From an uncultured Gemmataceae bacterium (GTDB taxonomy: Bacteria > Planctomycetota > Planctomycetia > Gemmatales > Gemmataceae), in the NCBI GenBank assembly GCA_963750165.1, contig CAVVPN010000003.1:1312001-1376000 (forward strand): a stretch of DNA of 64,000 nucleotides. Reading direction: 5' to 3'. Of the stretch, positions 21,105 through 30,997 are shown piece by piece. The notes beneath the pieces are model-generated. The model saw only the letters and a program-made list of their open reading frames with translations. It made no database searches and was not told the DNA's origin. Numbering within the stretch: the stretch's first letter is position 1; every line of letters begins with the position of its first letter. The translations under genes and the position numbers were made by a program.

Positions 21105-24100
21105 TCAATGCGCCTCCATACGCCGCAGCGCCTCAACTGCGGCCCGGGTTCGCGGACTGGTCTCCGCCCCCTGTGCGAGGTTCTCCAGCAATTGCCGGGC
21201 CCGTTTCGTGCCCATCCGCTCCAGCGCTTGCACGGCACGCACATGGAGAACGTCCTCCGCGGAAATGGCCGTCTGGTTTTCGCTCAGATCCTGCAAGAGT
21301 TTTTCGATTTGCCCTTTTGACTTCAAGGCCACTTTTGTCGAAGACAGGGCGTCCCGCAGAGCCGGTTCGGCAAGCACTCCGAGTCGAACCAGTTCCTTCG
21401 TCGCCGCTTCTCGGCGCTTCGCCTGGTCCAGGTCGGCGATGAGACGCTGAACGTGTTTGGCGTCGGGCCTGGGCACCGGGCGGAGCCGGCGCTCCAGGAA
21501 GTCCAGCGCCCGCTGCGGGTCGGCAATCATCCGGCCAATCGCCTGATAGGCTTCCGTCGCGGCGCCTGTTTCGAGCACCTGAGCCAGGCCTTTTTCATCG
21601 AGCGGCTTGCCGGCCCTGGCGTCGGTCGCGGCAGTGGGCCAAACCACAATGGTCGTGTCAGAGCAACTCGCAGCCAGCAGTTTGCTGTTGGGGGAAAAGG
21701 CGAAATTGCCGAACAGGTTGCCCGCGGCCTTGCACTCGCGGAGGAATCGGCCGCTATACAGGTCGAACACCTTCAGCGTTCCCGCCGAGCCGGCCAGCAA
21801 GCGATTGTCGGGCGAATAGAGGTAGGTCGCGGCCTCCAGCTTGCGCACCAGTTGCCCGGTGGCAACCTCCCAGGCGAACACACGGGCGTCGAAGGACGCC
21901 GTGAGCAAGGTCTGGCCGTCCGGCGAAAAGGCCAGGCCGGTCGGGCGGTGTGACTTCGTGGCAAATTCCGCAATTCGCCGGCCGTCCTTCACGGACAGCA
22001 CGCGGATTTTCCCTTCACTGCCGACCAGCGCGATCCGGGAACCGTCGGCGGAGAACTTGACGGACTGGGTGCGAAAGAGGAACTCCAGCTTGACGTTGGT
22101 CGGAGATGGATAACGCCGTTCCCGGCCGGTGAGCACGTCGAAAAAGCAAACCACATCCTTGCCCGCCGCCGCCACCGTCTTGCCGTCGGGGGACAGGGCG
22201 GCACTAACCTCAGCGCCGTCCTTCCAGACAAATTCACGTTCGATGTCGTCCTTGCGGTTGCCCTTCTCCTTCGCTTTGTCGCTGGACACCTTCAGGACGG
22301 TAAGACACGGCAGCTTATTTTTCTCCGTCTGGACAAGGATGCGCTGGCCATCGACGGAGAAGCCGAGCAAGCCGGGGATTTGATCGAGGCGATCCACCTT
22401 GCCGGTCAGCAACATGGCGAACTGCGAGCCGAAACCTTCCTCGCACCGAAGCAGGGCATCCGGCCCGAGGAAGCCAACCACTCGGTCAGGAGTCGGTCGT
22501 CTTTCTTGCTGGGCAGGGGACACGGCTTGCCCGTTTCGGTCTCCCAGAGATAAAAATCCTTACCCGTTGAGGTCGATAGGATTTTGCGGCTGTCTGCCGA
22601 GAACGACAGCATGCGGATCGGCGCAATCGCGCCGTTGATTTTTCCTGACGGCTTGCGGCCGACGACATCCCAGCGGCGCAGCATGTTTTCCTGTTGATGG
22701 CCGGAGAAAAGGGTCTGGGTATCGCTGGAAAAGGCGACGGCTTCAACGGGGCTGGGGAAGGCGGAGCAATCGCCGTGCGCCTTGCCGGTCAGCGGGTCCC
22801 AGAGTCGAATCGTTTTGTCGCTCCCACCGGCCAGGAGTTTACCATCCGGGCTGAAGGCGATGGCGTTGACTTCTTTCCCAGGGATCGCCAGCCGCCGCAG
22901 AACCTTGCCGGTGGCGACTTCCCAGAGCAGGACTTCATCCTTGCTTCCAGTGGCGAGCCAGGTGCGATCCGGCGAATAGCGGGCGGAGAACAAGGGGAGC
23001 TTGGACTTCCAGCGCCGCAGCTCGCGCCCCGTGGCAACGTCCCAGAAACCAACACCGGTTTGGTCCACCGCGGTTATGATTTTGCCGTCGGCTGAAAACA
23101 CGATGGTGATGATCTCTTTTGTCGGCGAGAGCATTTTCCAGAGTTCCTTTCCGGTCGAGGCGTTCCAGGCGATGAGGTGGTTCTCCTTGACCTTCTTGGT
23201 GAACTTGCCACCACTACATTGCCAATCAAATCGGACAGCGCCGACCAGCGTCTTGCCGTCGGGAGAAAAATCTGTCGCAGAGAGGTATTCGATCCTCATC
23301 GTTGACATGCCTCCGGCCTCCTCCACTTCTTCTGGGACCACCGGAAACGATTCCTTCTTGCGACGATAGTTGATCTTCAGCTTTTCCGCCTTGCGCCAGT
23401 CGAACACGGCCAGGACAGAACCGAATCGCTCGCCCGCTTCCAGGACCGCGACTTTCTGCCAGTCCGCCGACAGCGCCACGGCCATGCGGAGATCGAATCT
23501 CCAGCCGAAAAAACCGGTCTCGCTATGCCGGATGCTCCTGCCGGTTCGGGAGTCAAGCAACTCGACACCTGAAAAATTGTTGACGACGGCGAGCATCTTG
23601 CCGTCGGCGGAAACAAGGATTCGTCGCGCTTCATTCGCGAGCCGCCAGCGGGCGCTGCCGAGCCGGGCAATCGCGCCGGCTGGCATGGGATCGCCGTTCA
23701 GGTCCGGGAGAACGGGCCCCGGTGCGGGGTTGTCGGCGACAGGACTTTCCTGGGGCTTCGGGAGTTCCGGCAGCGGAGCGTTCCGGTTCTGCCTTCTTGC
23801 GAGCACTGTACGACTGAGGACGGTCGTCAGGCCCTCGGCGTTGCCCTTCGTCAAGCGTGCAATGATCCCCAGGGCCTCGGGCGAACCGATGCCCTCCAGG
23901 ATTGCAATCGCCCGCAAATGCCGCAATTGCGCCGGCGTGAGCTGATTCAATTTGCCGAGCAACGCTTGCAATCGTTGCCGCCTCTCCAGGGGAGGATCGG
24001 CAGCCAGCGCCTGGCGCAGCGGCTCGCGGACCAACTCGCCGAGCTGTTCCAACTCCCTGGTGGCTGCGTTACGTTCGCGAAACTTGTTGCTGTCGAGATT

Positions 24101-26233
24101 TTTGATCCAACCTGCCACACGTTTGGCGTCGATGGCCGGGGCCGGCTGCAGGCGTTTGGCCAGGAAAGGGACGGTACTCTTCGGCGCATGTAGCAAGTCG
24201 GCCCGGGCCTCATACGCCTTGCTGGCGTCTGCCGCACCGAGGCTCTCCCAGTTCGCCGCGAGTTCGTTTTCGGTCAGTTGCCCGCGGCGTTTTTTGCCGG
24301 TGAGATTGTTCAGGTCCAGGATCACGGCCGTCGCATCGGCGCCGCCGACGGCCAGCTTTGAACCGTCGGGCGAAAAGGCGGCGGCGAAGATCGGCAGCTC
24401 ACGCTTGAAGGAGTAGACCTCCGTGCCGGTGGCCAGTTCAAAGACGCGAATGCTGCGGTTGGCAATCAGGCCCCAGCCGTCGGTAACGCTGGCCAGGTAG
24501 CGGCTGTCTGGTGAGAAGACGACACAGCCGCGACGATTCGCGTGCCCCGGCAATGTTTTGAGCACACGGTGCGTGGCCGTGTCCAGGAGCAACAGCGTCT
24601 CGTCACAGCCCACGGCGATAGTCTTGCCGTCGGGCGCGTAGGCAACGCTCGAAACGCCTCGTTTGATGGGGATTTCCTTCGTCTTTTTCCCGACAAGATC
24701 CAGAAGCCGCAGTTCGCCTCTGAAGTCACTGAGGATCGCGAGCGTCTTGCTGTCCGGGGAAAAGGCCAGGCTCGCGATCGAGCCCGTCTCGAAGTCTTCG
24801 AGGATCTTGCCGTTGGCTGGGTCGCGCAGGTAAAGCAGGCCCCGGTAGCCGCCGCTGGCCAACCGTTTGCCGTCCGGCGAGAACGCGGCGGCGACCACGG
24901 AATTGCCTTCATCATCCAAGGTGAACAGGCCCTTGCCGCGTTCGACATCCCAGAGTCGGAAGGTCCCATCCCGTCCACAGGACGCGAGCAGCTTGCCGTT
25001 CGGGAAGAGAGCCAGCCCGAGGATTTCGCCAGTGTGGCCGTGCAGAACGCTGAGCGATTCACCCGTCGCGGCGTCCCAGATGTGAATGGTGCTGTCCTCG
25101 CTTGCCGAGACGATGCGTTTGCCGTCGGGAAGATAGACCAGCGACTTGATGGCTCCGCGGTGGCTCGCGGTCGGCTGCGAATCCTTGCCGGTGGTGCGGT
25201 CCATGAAGCAGAGCGTTTGCCCGTAAGAACCCCAGGCCAGCGTCTTGCCGTCGGGCGAAAACATCACGGAATGGACCCCCGGGGCTAAGAACTTCACGGG
25301 CGGGGCCTGAAGATTCTTGAGGTTCCAGAGTTGAATGACCTGGTCGCCATCGGTGGACGATGAATACCTGGTGACGTTGCTCGCCGCGGCCAGCGTCTTG
25401 CCGTCGCGCGAAAAGGCCACGGACACGACACGCCTCGAGACATACAGGGAGTGGATCTTCTTGCCGGTTTCGACGCTAACCATGTTCATCCAATGGTCCA
25501 CACCTGGAACGATCAGTATCTTACCGTCCCGGGAAAATTGCAGGGTTTCTCCATATCGCACCACCTCAATCTCGTGAAGCAATTTGCCTGTCTGAGTGTC
25601 CCAGAGATGGACTGTTTTCTCGCCCCGGGTGGCCGCGACCTTGCCGTCCTCCGAGAACGCGACCAGGCGAACACGGATGGGCTGGTCCTGCACAAGCAAA
25701 GGAAATTCCTTGAGCTTCTTCCCCGAAGCGAGGTCCCAAACGAACAGGCGTGTGGAAGTCGCGGCAATGAGGGTCTTGTCATCGCTGGAAAACGCGGCCG
25801 CATTGCTCCAATCGCCCCCGCCACTGCCACCGTCCGACTGGGTGAGCACCACCTTCTTGAAATTGTCCAGGTCCCAGACGTGGACCGCGGTGCCTCCCCA
25901 GCCGAGCGCCGCCAGTTTCTTACCGTCATGGGAGAAGATCAGACCAGCAGTTGAGCGCAACTGCTCGAGCGGCAAGTGGCGCATCTTCCTGGTGGTCGCA
26001 ACGTCCCACAGGTTGACTTCCTCGCTGTCCGCCGTGGCGATGATTTTTCCGTCCGGGGAATACGCGGCACAGTTGCAGTGGTGGAAGCGAACCGTCCCGA
26101 GACGCACCAGCACACCGGGCGGCAACGGATCGCCGAATCGATCCAAATGGACCGGATCCTGGGCGTGAATGGCGGTCGGCGCCTGCAAGAACAGGTCGAT
26201 CCCGAGAACCAGCAACAATAGTGCCCGGGGCAT
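21105..26233 (-). CDS. Very large secreted WD40-repeat protein with two tandem WD40 plus helical-cap modules; frameshift near 22460
   Basis: Signal peptide; DRFGDPLPPGVLVRLG and DLNGDPMPAGAIARLG module starts; many AFSPDGK repeats. Confidence 0.85.
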
Positions 26234-26448
26234 GACGTCTCCTTTACGGGGAATGGTTACCAGGCTGTGCCGGACAGCGCCCCAGCCACTTTACGCGCCC
26301 CGGTCTCCCCTCGCCACCGAAAACCTCCTGAGTCACAGCGCCCGTGACGCGGAGCCGGTTTTTGCTTGCCACCCCCTCTCAAGACCGCGACACTGGACGG
26401 GTGCCCTGGGTTGCTCGCCCGTGCCACGCCCCGTCGCGGAGTCCTGCC

Positions 26449-27369
26449 GTGCTCAAGAAACTCGTCCTGTTTGCCGCCTGTCTGCTACTGACGGCCGTCC
26501 TGGCGCTGCGGACGCGCTCCGCCGACCAGGGCGACAAGCCGCCGCAATACCAGCCCGTGCCCAACTGGCCGCAGCTGCCCAGGGGCTTCAAGTTCGGGCA
26601 GACGACGGCCGTCGCGACCGACAAGGACGACAACCTGTACGTGTTCCACCGCGGCAAAACGCCGATCGCCGTCTTCGACAGGAACGGCAAGTTCCTGCGC
26701 GGCTGGGGCGATGCCGCCGTCAAGACCGCCCACGGCCTGCGCATCGACGCCGCGGGCAACATCTGGACGACGGACCTGGGCACCCACCAGGTCATCAAGT
26801 ACGACCCCACCGGCAAGGTGCTGCTGACGCTGGGCACGAAGAACAAGAAGGGCAAGACGCCCGACCGCTTCAACAAGCCGGCGGATGTGGCCGTCAGCGC
26901 CGCCGGCGACATTTACGTGGCGGACGGCTACGGCAATTCGCGCGTCGTCAAGTTTTCCAAGGAAGGCAAGTATCTGAAGGAATGGGGCAAGAAGGGTAAA
27001 GGCCCCGGCCAGTTCAATCTGGTCCACGCGATTTTCCTGGACGGCAAGGGCAAGGTGTACGTCGGCGACCGCGAGAACAAGCGCGTGCAGGTGTTCGACA
27101 CCGAGGGCAAGTATCTGGAGCAGTGGCGCGACAGCGGGACGCCATACGGCCTGTTCCTGCAGGGCGGCAAGCGCATGCTGCTGGCTGACGGCGACGCCGA
27201 TGAGGTGCGCATTCTGGACCTGAGCGGCAAACTGCTGACGCGCTTCGGCATGAAGGGCGCCGGCGCCGGCCAGTTCCAGCTGCCGCACGGCATCACCGCC
27301 GACTCGCGCGGCGTGCTCTATGTCACCGAGGGGGACGGCGAACGGGTGCAAAAGTTTGTGGCCCGGTGA
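26449..27369 (+). CDS. NHL-repeat protein (peptidyl-alpha-hydroxyglycine alpha-amidating lyase-like)
   Basis: Signal peptide; AHGLRID, YVADGYGNSRV and DRENKRVQVF motifs. Confidence 0.88.
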   Translation: MLKKLVLFAACLLLTAVLALRTRSADQGDKPPQYQPVPNWPQLPRGFKFGQTTAVATDKDDNLYVFHRGKTPIAVFDRNGKFLRGWGDAAVKTAHGLRIDAAGNIWTTDLGTHQVIKYDPTGKVLLTLGTKNKKGKTPDRFNKPADVAVSAAGDIYVADGYGNSRVVKFSKEGKYLKEWGKKGKGPGQFNLVHAIFLDGKGKVYVGDRENKRVQVFDTEGKYLEQWRDSGTPYGLFLQGGKRMLLADGDADEVRILDLSGKLLTRFGMKGAGAGQFQLPHGITADSRGVLYVTEGDGERVQKFVAR

Positions 27370-27438
27370 AAGCGCTGCGCGAATCTACGTTTGCCCCTGG
27401 GTTCTGAAGCAAGCATCATCGGTGGGATGGGGTGTCTC

Positions 27439-29793
27439 ATGCGGCCCGGTGTGTTCGTCCTCGCCGTCCTGTTCAGTGCAGCCGCCGCGCCGGCGCCCGC
27501 ACAACAGCCGGCGGTCCAGAAGCAACGCGATGCCCTGCTGGCACAGCTGAAGGACAGGCAGCCCGAGAAGCGGGTCCAGGCCGTCGCTGGCCTGGCGCAG
27601 TTGCCGGCGGCGGTCGCCGTGCCGGCGCTGGTCGGCGTGCTGTCGCTGCCCGACGAGGATGTGCGCGTGCATGCGGTGCTCGCCCTCGGCAGCCTCGGCA
27701 AGCCGGCGGTGGCGGCGCTGGAGCAGGCGCTGCGGCATGAGGACGAGGAGGTGCGTCTGTACGCCGCCTGGGGCCTGGGCCTGAACGGACCAGAGGCGAA
27801 GGCGGCGGTGCCGGCGTTGCGGATGGCGCTCAAGGACGCGGACGCCGACGTGCGTCGCAAGGCCGCCTGGGCGCTGGGCTGCGTCGCCCCGGACGACGGC
27901 ACGTTGGTGGCGCCCTTGCTTCAGCTCTGCCGGGAAAAGGACGCCGACGTGGCCGAGGACGCCCGGGACGCCCTGGCGAAATTCGGCAAGCGGGCGCTGC
28001 CGGCGCTGGCGAAATTGGTGAAAGCCCAGGAGACGTTCCACGCCGCCGCCGCAGTGCTGGTCCGCATGGCCGAGGAGGACCGAGGCAAGGCCGGCGATGA
28101 GGCCGCCGATCTATTCGTGTCCGCGGCCTGTGAGCGCGTCGCCCGCGGCCTCGACCCCGTGAGCGGTTTCATGGCCCTCTACCCAGATCCACGCAAGGTC
28201 GTGGGAACGAAAAATTTCCAGCCAATGCCCCTGCGCCAGGCGTACAGCCGGCTAGGAGGTCGAGCGGTGCCGGGGCTGGCGCGGGCCGCGGCACACGCCG
28301 ACCCCCTGGTGCGCACCCACGCCGCCCTGGGGCTCGGCCACGTCAGTTTCTGGCCCGGGGGGAGCAACAACGCACTCGACGTAGAGGCCGCCCGGAAAGT
28401 GTTCCTTCGCCTGGCCGCGGATGGAGACCCTCTCGTGGTGGCCGCCTGTGTGGCCGCCTCGGTTGGCCTCAGACTCGACCACCGGGAAAAGCGGGAGCGC
28501 GCGGCCCTGGAAAAGCTACTGCTGGCCGACAGCCTGACCACCGCCCAGGCGGCGAATCACGCCCTGGCGCACATCGGGCCCTTCGTGGACGAAGCGTGGA
28601 CAGACGAACTGCAGAAGCGGTTTGACGCGGCCAGGGGGGCGGAGCAAATCAAACTGGCGTGCCTGTTGCGAGACGACATGTCGGTGGCTATCATGCGCGC
28701 CGCCCTGAAGCACTCAGACGCCACGCTACGGCATCGGGCCGCCCTGGCGCTGGTTCGGATGGCGAGCCAGCCCTTGAAGGAATGGCCGGAAGTTAAGATC
28801 AACGACAAGGAGGGCCGCACCGTCCTGGTGCCGGTCTTCCTGGCGTCGCTGAAGCACAAGCAGGCGTGGCGGCGGGTGGAGGCAGCCGAGGGGTTGTCGC
28901 ACCTAAAGAGTTACAGTCAGGAGGTGCTGCCGGCGCTGCTGGTCGCGCTGAAGGACGGCGACTCGCGGGTTCGCGCGGCAGTGGCCCGGGGATTGGGGGG
29001 TTACAAGCGGAAAGCCGCCAAAAAAATCATGGCGGCGCTGGCGCCCCTGGTCACCGACGCATACGTCGATGTTCGACTTGCCCTATTCATCCCGTTGGAG
29101 TCGGCGAAGGCGGAAGTGTTGCCCTTGATAACGCGGCTCCTGGAGGACGGGCACGCCGATGTCCGCGACATGGCCTGGAGGCTCCTTGATGCGTTGCCCG
29201 ACGAGGCCAGGAAAACAACGCCGGCACTGTTCAAGGCCGTCTTGCAAAATCCGCCCGGCTTCCCCTTCTTGCGGAGGTTCCGCGTCACGAACGACGATTT
29301 CCCGAAGCTGCTGGCGATCCTGAGTGACCACGACGCGGAGGTTCGCCTGGCTCTGAAGCACACCGGCGTTGCCGGCGCCGACCCGGCGAAGGTGGTTGGC
29401 GGGCTGTTACGCGACCTGAACGACACGGACTCGAAGGTGGTCAGCCGCTGCGCCCATGCGCTGGAGCGGGTGCATGTGATTCTGTCATGGGAAAACAAGA
29501 CCCTGCTCAAGAAGAAGGGGGCCAAGGAGTCGATGGCCGCGGCAGTGACGCGGCACCTGGCATTGCTCAGGACGGGAAAGTCGGACCAACGGCCCCTGGC
29601 GACTGCCACGCTGGTGCAACTCCAGTCGCTACTGCGGGGGTTGTACCTGGTGAAAGGGCGGGAATTCCTGGAGGACAAGCACCTGGCCGCGCTCCGCACG
29701 GCCATTGATGAGGCCAGCGTTGACGCAGACCTTCGCGTCCGCCGGGAAGCGCGGAAGGGGCTCGTGGGTGTGGCGCGCGGCGGCGGGTTCTGA
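27439..29793 (+). CDS. Secreted HEAT-repeat protein
   Basis: Signal peptide; ALKDADADVRRKAAWALG-type repeats. Confidence 0.8.
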   Translation: MRPGVFVLAVLFSAAAAPAPAQQPAVQKQRDALLAQLKDRQPEKRVQAVAGLAQLPAAVAVPALVGVLSLPDEDVRVHAVLALGSLGKPAVAALEQALRHEDEEVRLYAAWGLGLNGPEAKAAVPALRMALKDADADVRRKAAWALGCVAPDDGTLVAPLLQLCREKDADVAEDARDALAKFGKRALPALAKLVKAQETFHAAAAVLVRMAEEDRGKAGDEAADLFVSAACERVARGLDPVSGFMALYPDPRKVVGTKNFQPMPLRQAYSRLGGRAVPGLARAAAHADPLVRTHAALGLGHVSFWPGGSNNALDVEAARKVFLRLAADGDPLVVAACVAASVGLRLDHREKRERAALEKLLLADSLTTAQAANHALAHIGPFVDEAWTDELQKRFDAARGAEQIKLACLLRDDMSVAIMRAALKHSDATLRHRAALALVRMASQPLKEWPEVKINDKEGRTVLVPVFLASLKHKQAWRRVEAAEGLSHLKSYSQEVLPALLVALKDGDSRVRAAVARGLGGYKRKAAKKIMAALAPLVTDAYVDVRLALFIPLESAKAEVLPLITRLLEDGHADVRDMAWRLLDALPDEARKTTPALFKAVLQNPPGFPFLRRFRVTNDDFPKLLAILSDHDAEVRLALKHTGVAGADPAKVVGGLLRDLNDTDSKVVSRCAHALERVHVILSWENKTLLKKKGAKESMAAAVTRHLALLRTGKSDQRPLATATLVQLQSLLRGLYLVKGREFLEDKHLAALRTAIDEASVDADLRVRREARKGLVGVARGGGF

Positions 29794-29850
29794 CGCAGTC
29801 TCCCAAGGGCCCGCCGCTTGCGGGGTAGCGTTGCGCCACCCGACACCACG

Positions 29851-30798
29851 CTATTCCCGACTGCCAATCAGGACGCCGGTGAGGAAGACCAGCACGCCGC
29901 CGACGACCACCTGAAAGATCGCTGAGGCCCAGGGCGTGTCCATGAAATAATGCCGAATCCACGCGATGACGCCCAGTTCCACCATGACCACGCCGACCGC
30001 CACCGCGATCGCCGTGTTCACGTCACGGATGAGGAATGGCATGGTATGGCCGAGTCCGCCCGCGGTGGTCATCAGGCCGCAGACCAGCCCCCGGATGAGC
30101 GGGCGGCCGCGACCGGTGAGGCTGCCGTCGTCGGACAGCGCCTCGGCGAACCCCATGCTGATGCCGGCCCCCAGGCTGGCGGCCAGGCCGACCAGGAAGG
30201 CGTCCCAACTTTTGTGGGTGGCGTACGCCGCGGCGAACAGCGGCGCCAGCGTCGAAACGGAGCCGTCCATCAACCCCGCCAATCCGGGCTGAATCACCTG
30301 CAGCACGAACAGGCGGCGCCGCGCCTCGGCGTCCTCTTCGGAGGGGGGAACGGCCTCCAGGCTCTCGGCGATCTGCGCGTGCTTGCGCTCCTCCTCGGCC
30401 AGGTCGCCGAGCAGCTGGCGGGTGCGCACATCGGCGGCCTTCTGCATGGCCCGCTCGTAAAAGCGCCGCGTCTCGATCTCCATCGTCTCGGCCTGCTTGC
30501 GCACCACCTGCAGCCCCAGTGGCCGCACCAGCCAGACGGGCCGGCGGTGGACGAAGCCCTTGACATCGTGGCGGCGGATGAGCGGGATGTGGTCGCCGAA
30601 GCGCTCACGGTACAGGTTCAACAGCCGGTGCCGGTGGCCGTCCTCCTGGGCGCGCATCTGCCGGAACTGCTCTGCGACCTCCGGGTAGTTCTCCTGCAAC
30701 CCGTCCGCGAAGTCGTCGTAGATGCGGGCGTCTTCTTCTTCGAGGGAGATCGCCAGGGCCAGGATTTCTTGCTCGCTCAGGCTACTGAAGGATCGCAT
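29851..30798 (-). CDS. mbfA: Iron exporter MbfA (erythrin plus VIT1/CCC1 domains)
   Basis: LSEQEILALAISLEEED, EDGH/EERKH, QPGLAGLMDGSVSTLAP and SDDGSLTGRG motifs. Confidence 0.92.
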   Translation of the reverse strand: MRSFSSLSEQEILALAISLEEEDARIYDDFADGLQENYPEVAEQFRQMRAQEDGHRHRLLNLYRERFGDHIPLIRRHDVKGFVHRRPVWLVRPLGLQVVRKQAETMEIETRRFYERAMQKAADVRTRQLLGDLAEEERKHAQIAESLEAVPPSEEDAEARRRLFVLQVIQPGLAGLMDGSVSTLAPLFAAAYATHKSWDAFLVGLAASLGAGISMGFAEALSDDGSLTGRGRPLIRGLVCGLMTTAGGLGHTMPFLIRDVNTAIAVAVGVVMVELGVIAWIRHYFMDTPWASAIFQVVVGGVLVFLTGVLIGSRE

Positions 30799-30842
30799 GC
30801 ACCGCCCTCATGGGTTTTGACAAACACGTCCGGGAACGGCGT

Positions 30843-30975
30843 CCGTTGTGGCCCGGTCTCCTGACCGGGCCACGGCTACGACCGAAGGTCTCCTGGAAGC
30901 CCGGGAGACCTTCGGTCGGAACCCGTGGCTTGGTCTGGAGACCAAGCCACAACGGGGGAGACCAAGCCACAACGG
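30843..30975. repeat. Three-hairpin GGTCTC/GAGACC repeat element, copy 1
   Basis: Hairpins at 30848-30873, 30879-30918 and 30925-30950; homologous to 35388-35555. Confidence 0.85.
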
Positions 30976-30997
30976 GGGTGGCGCCTGGGAACGAGAA

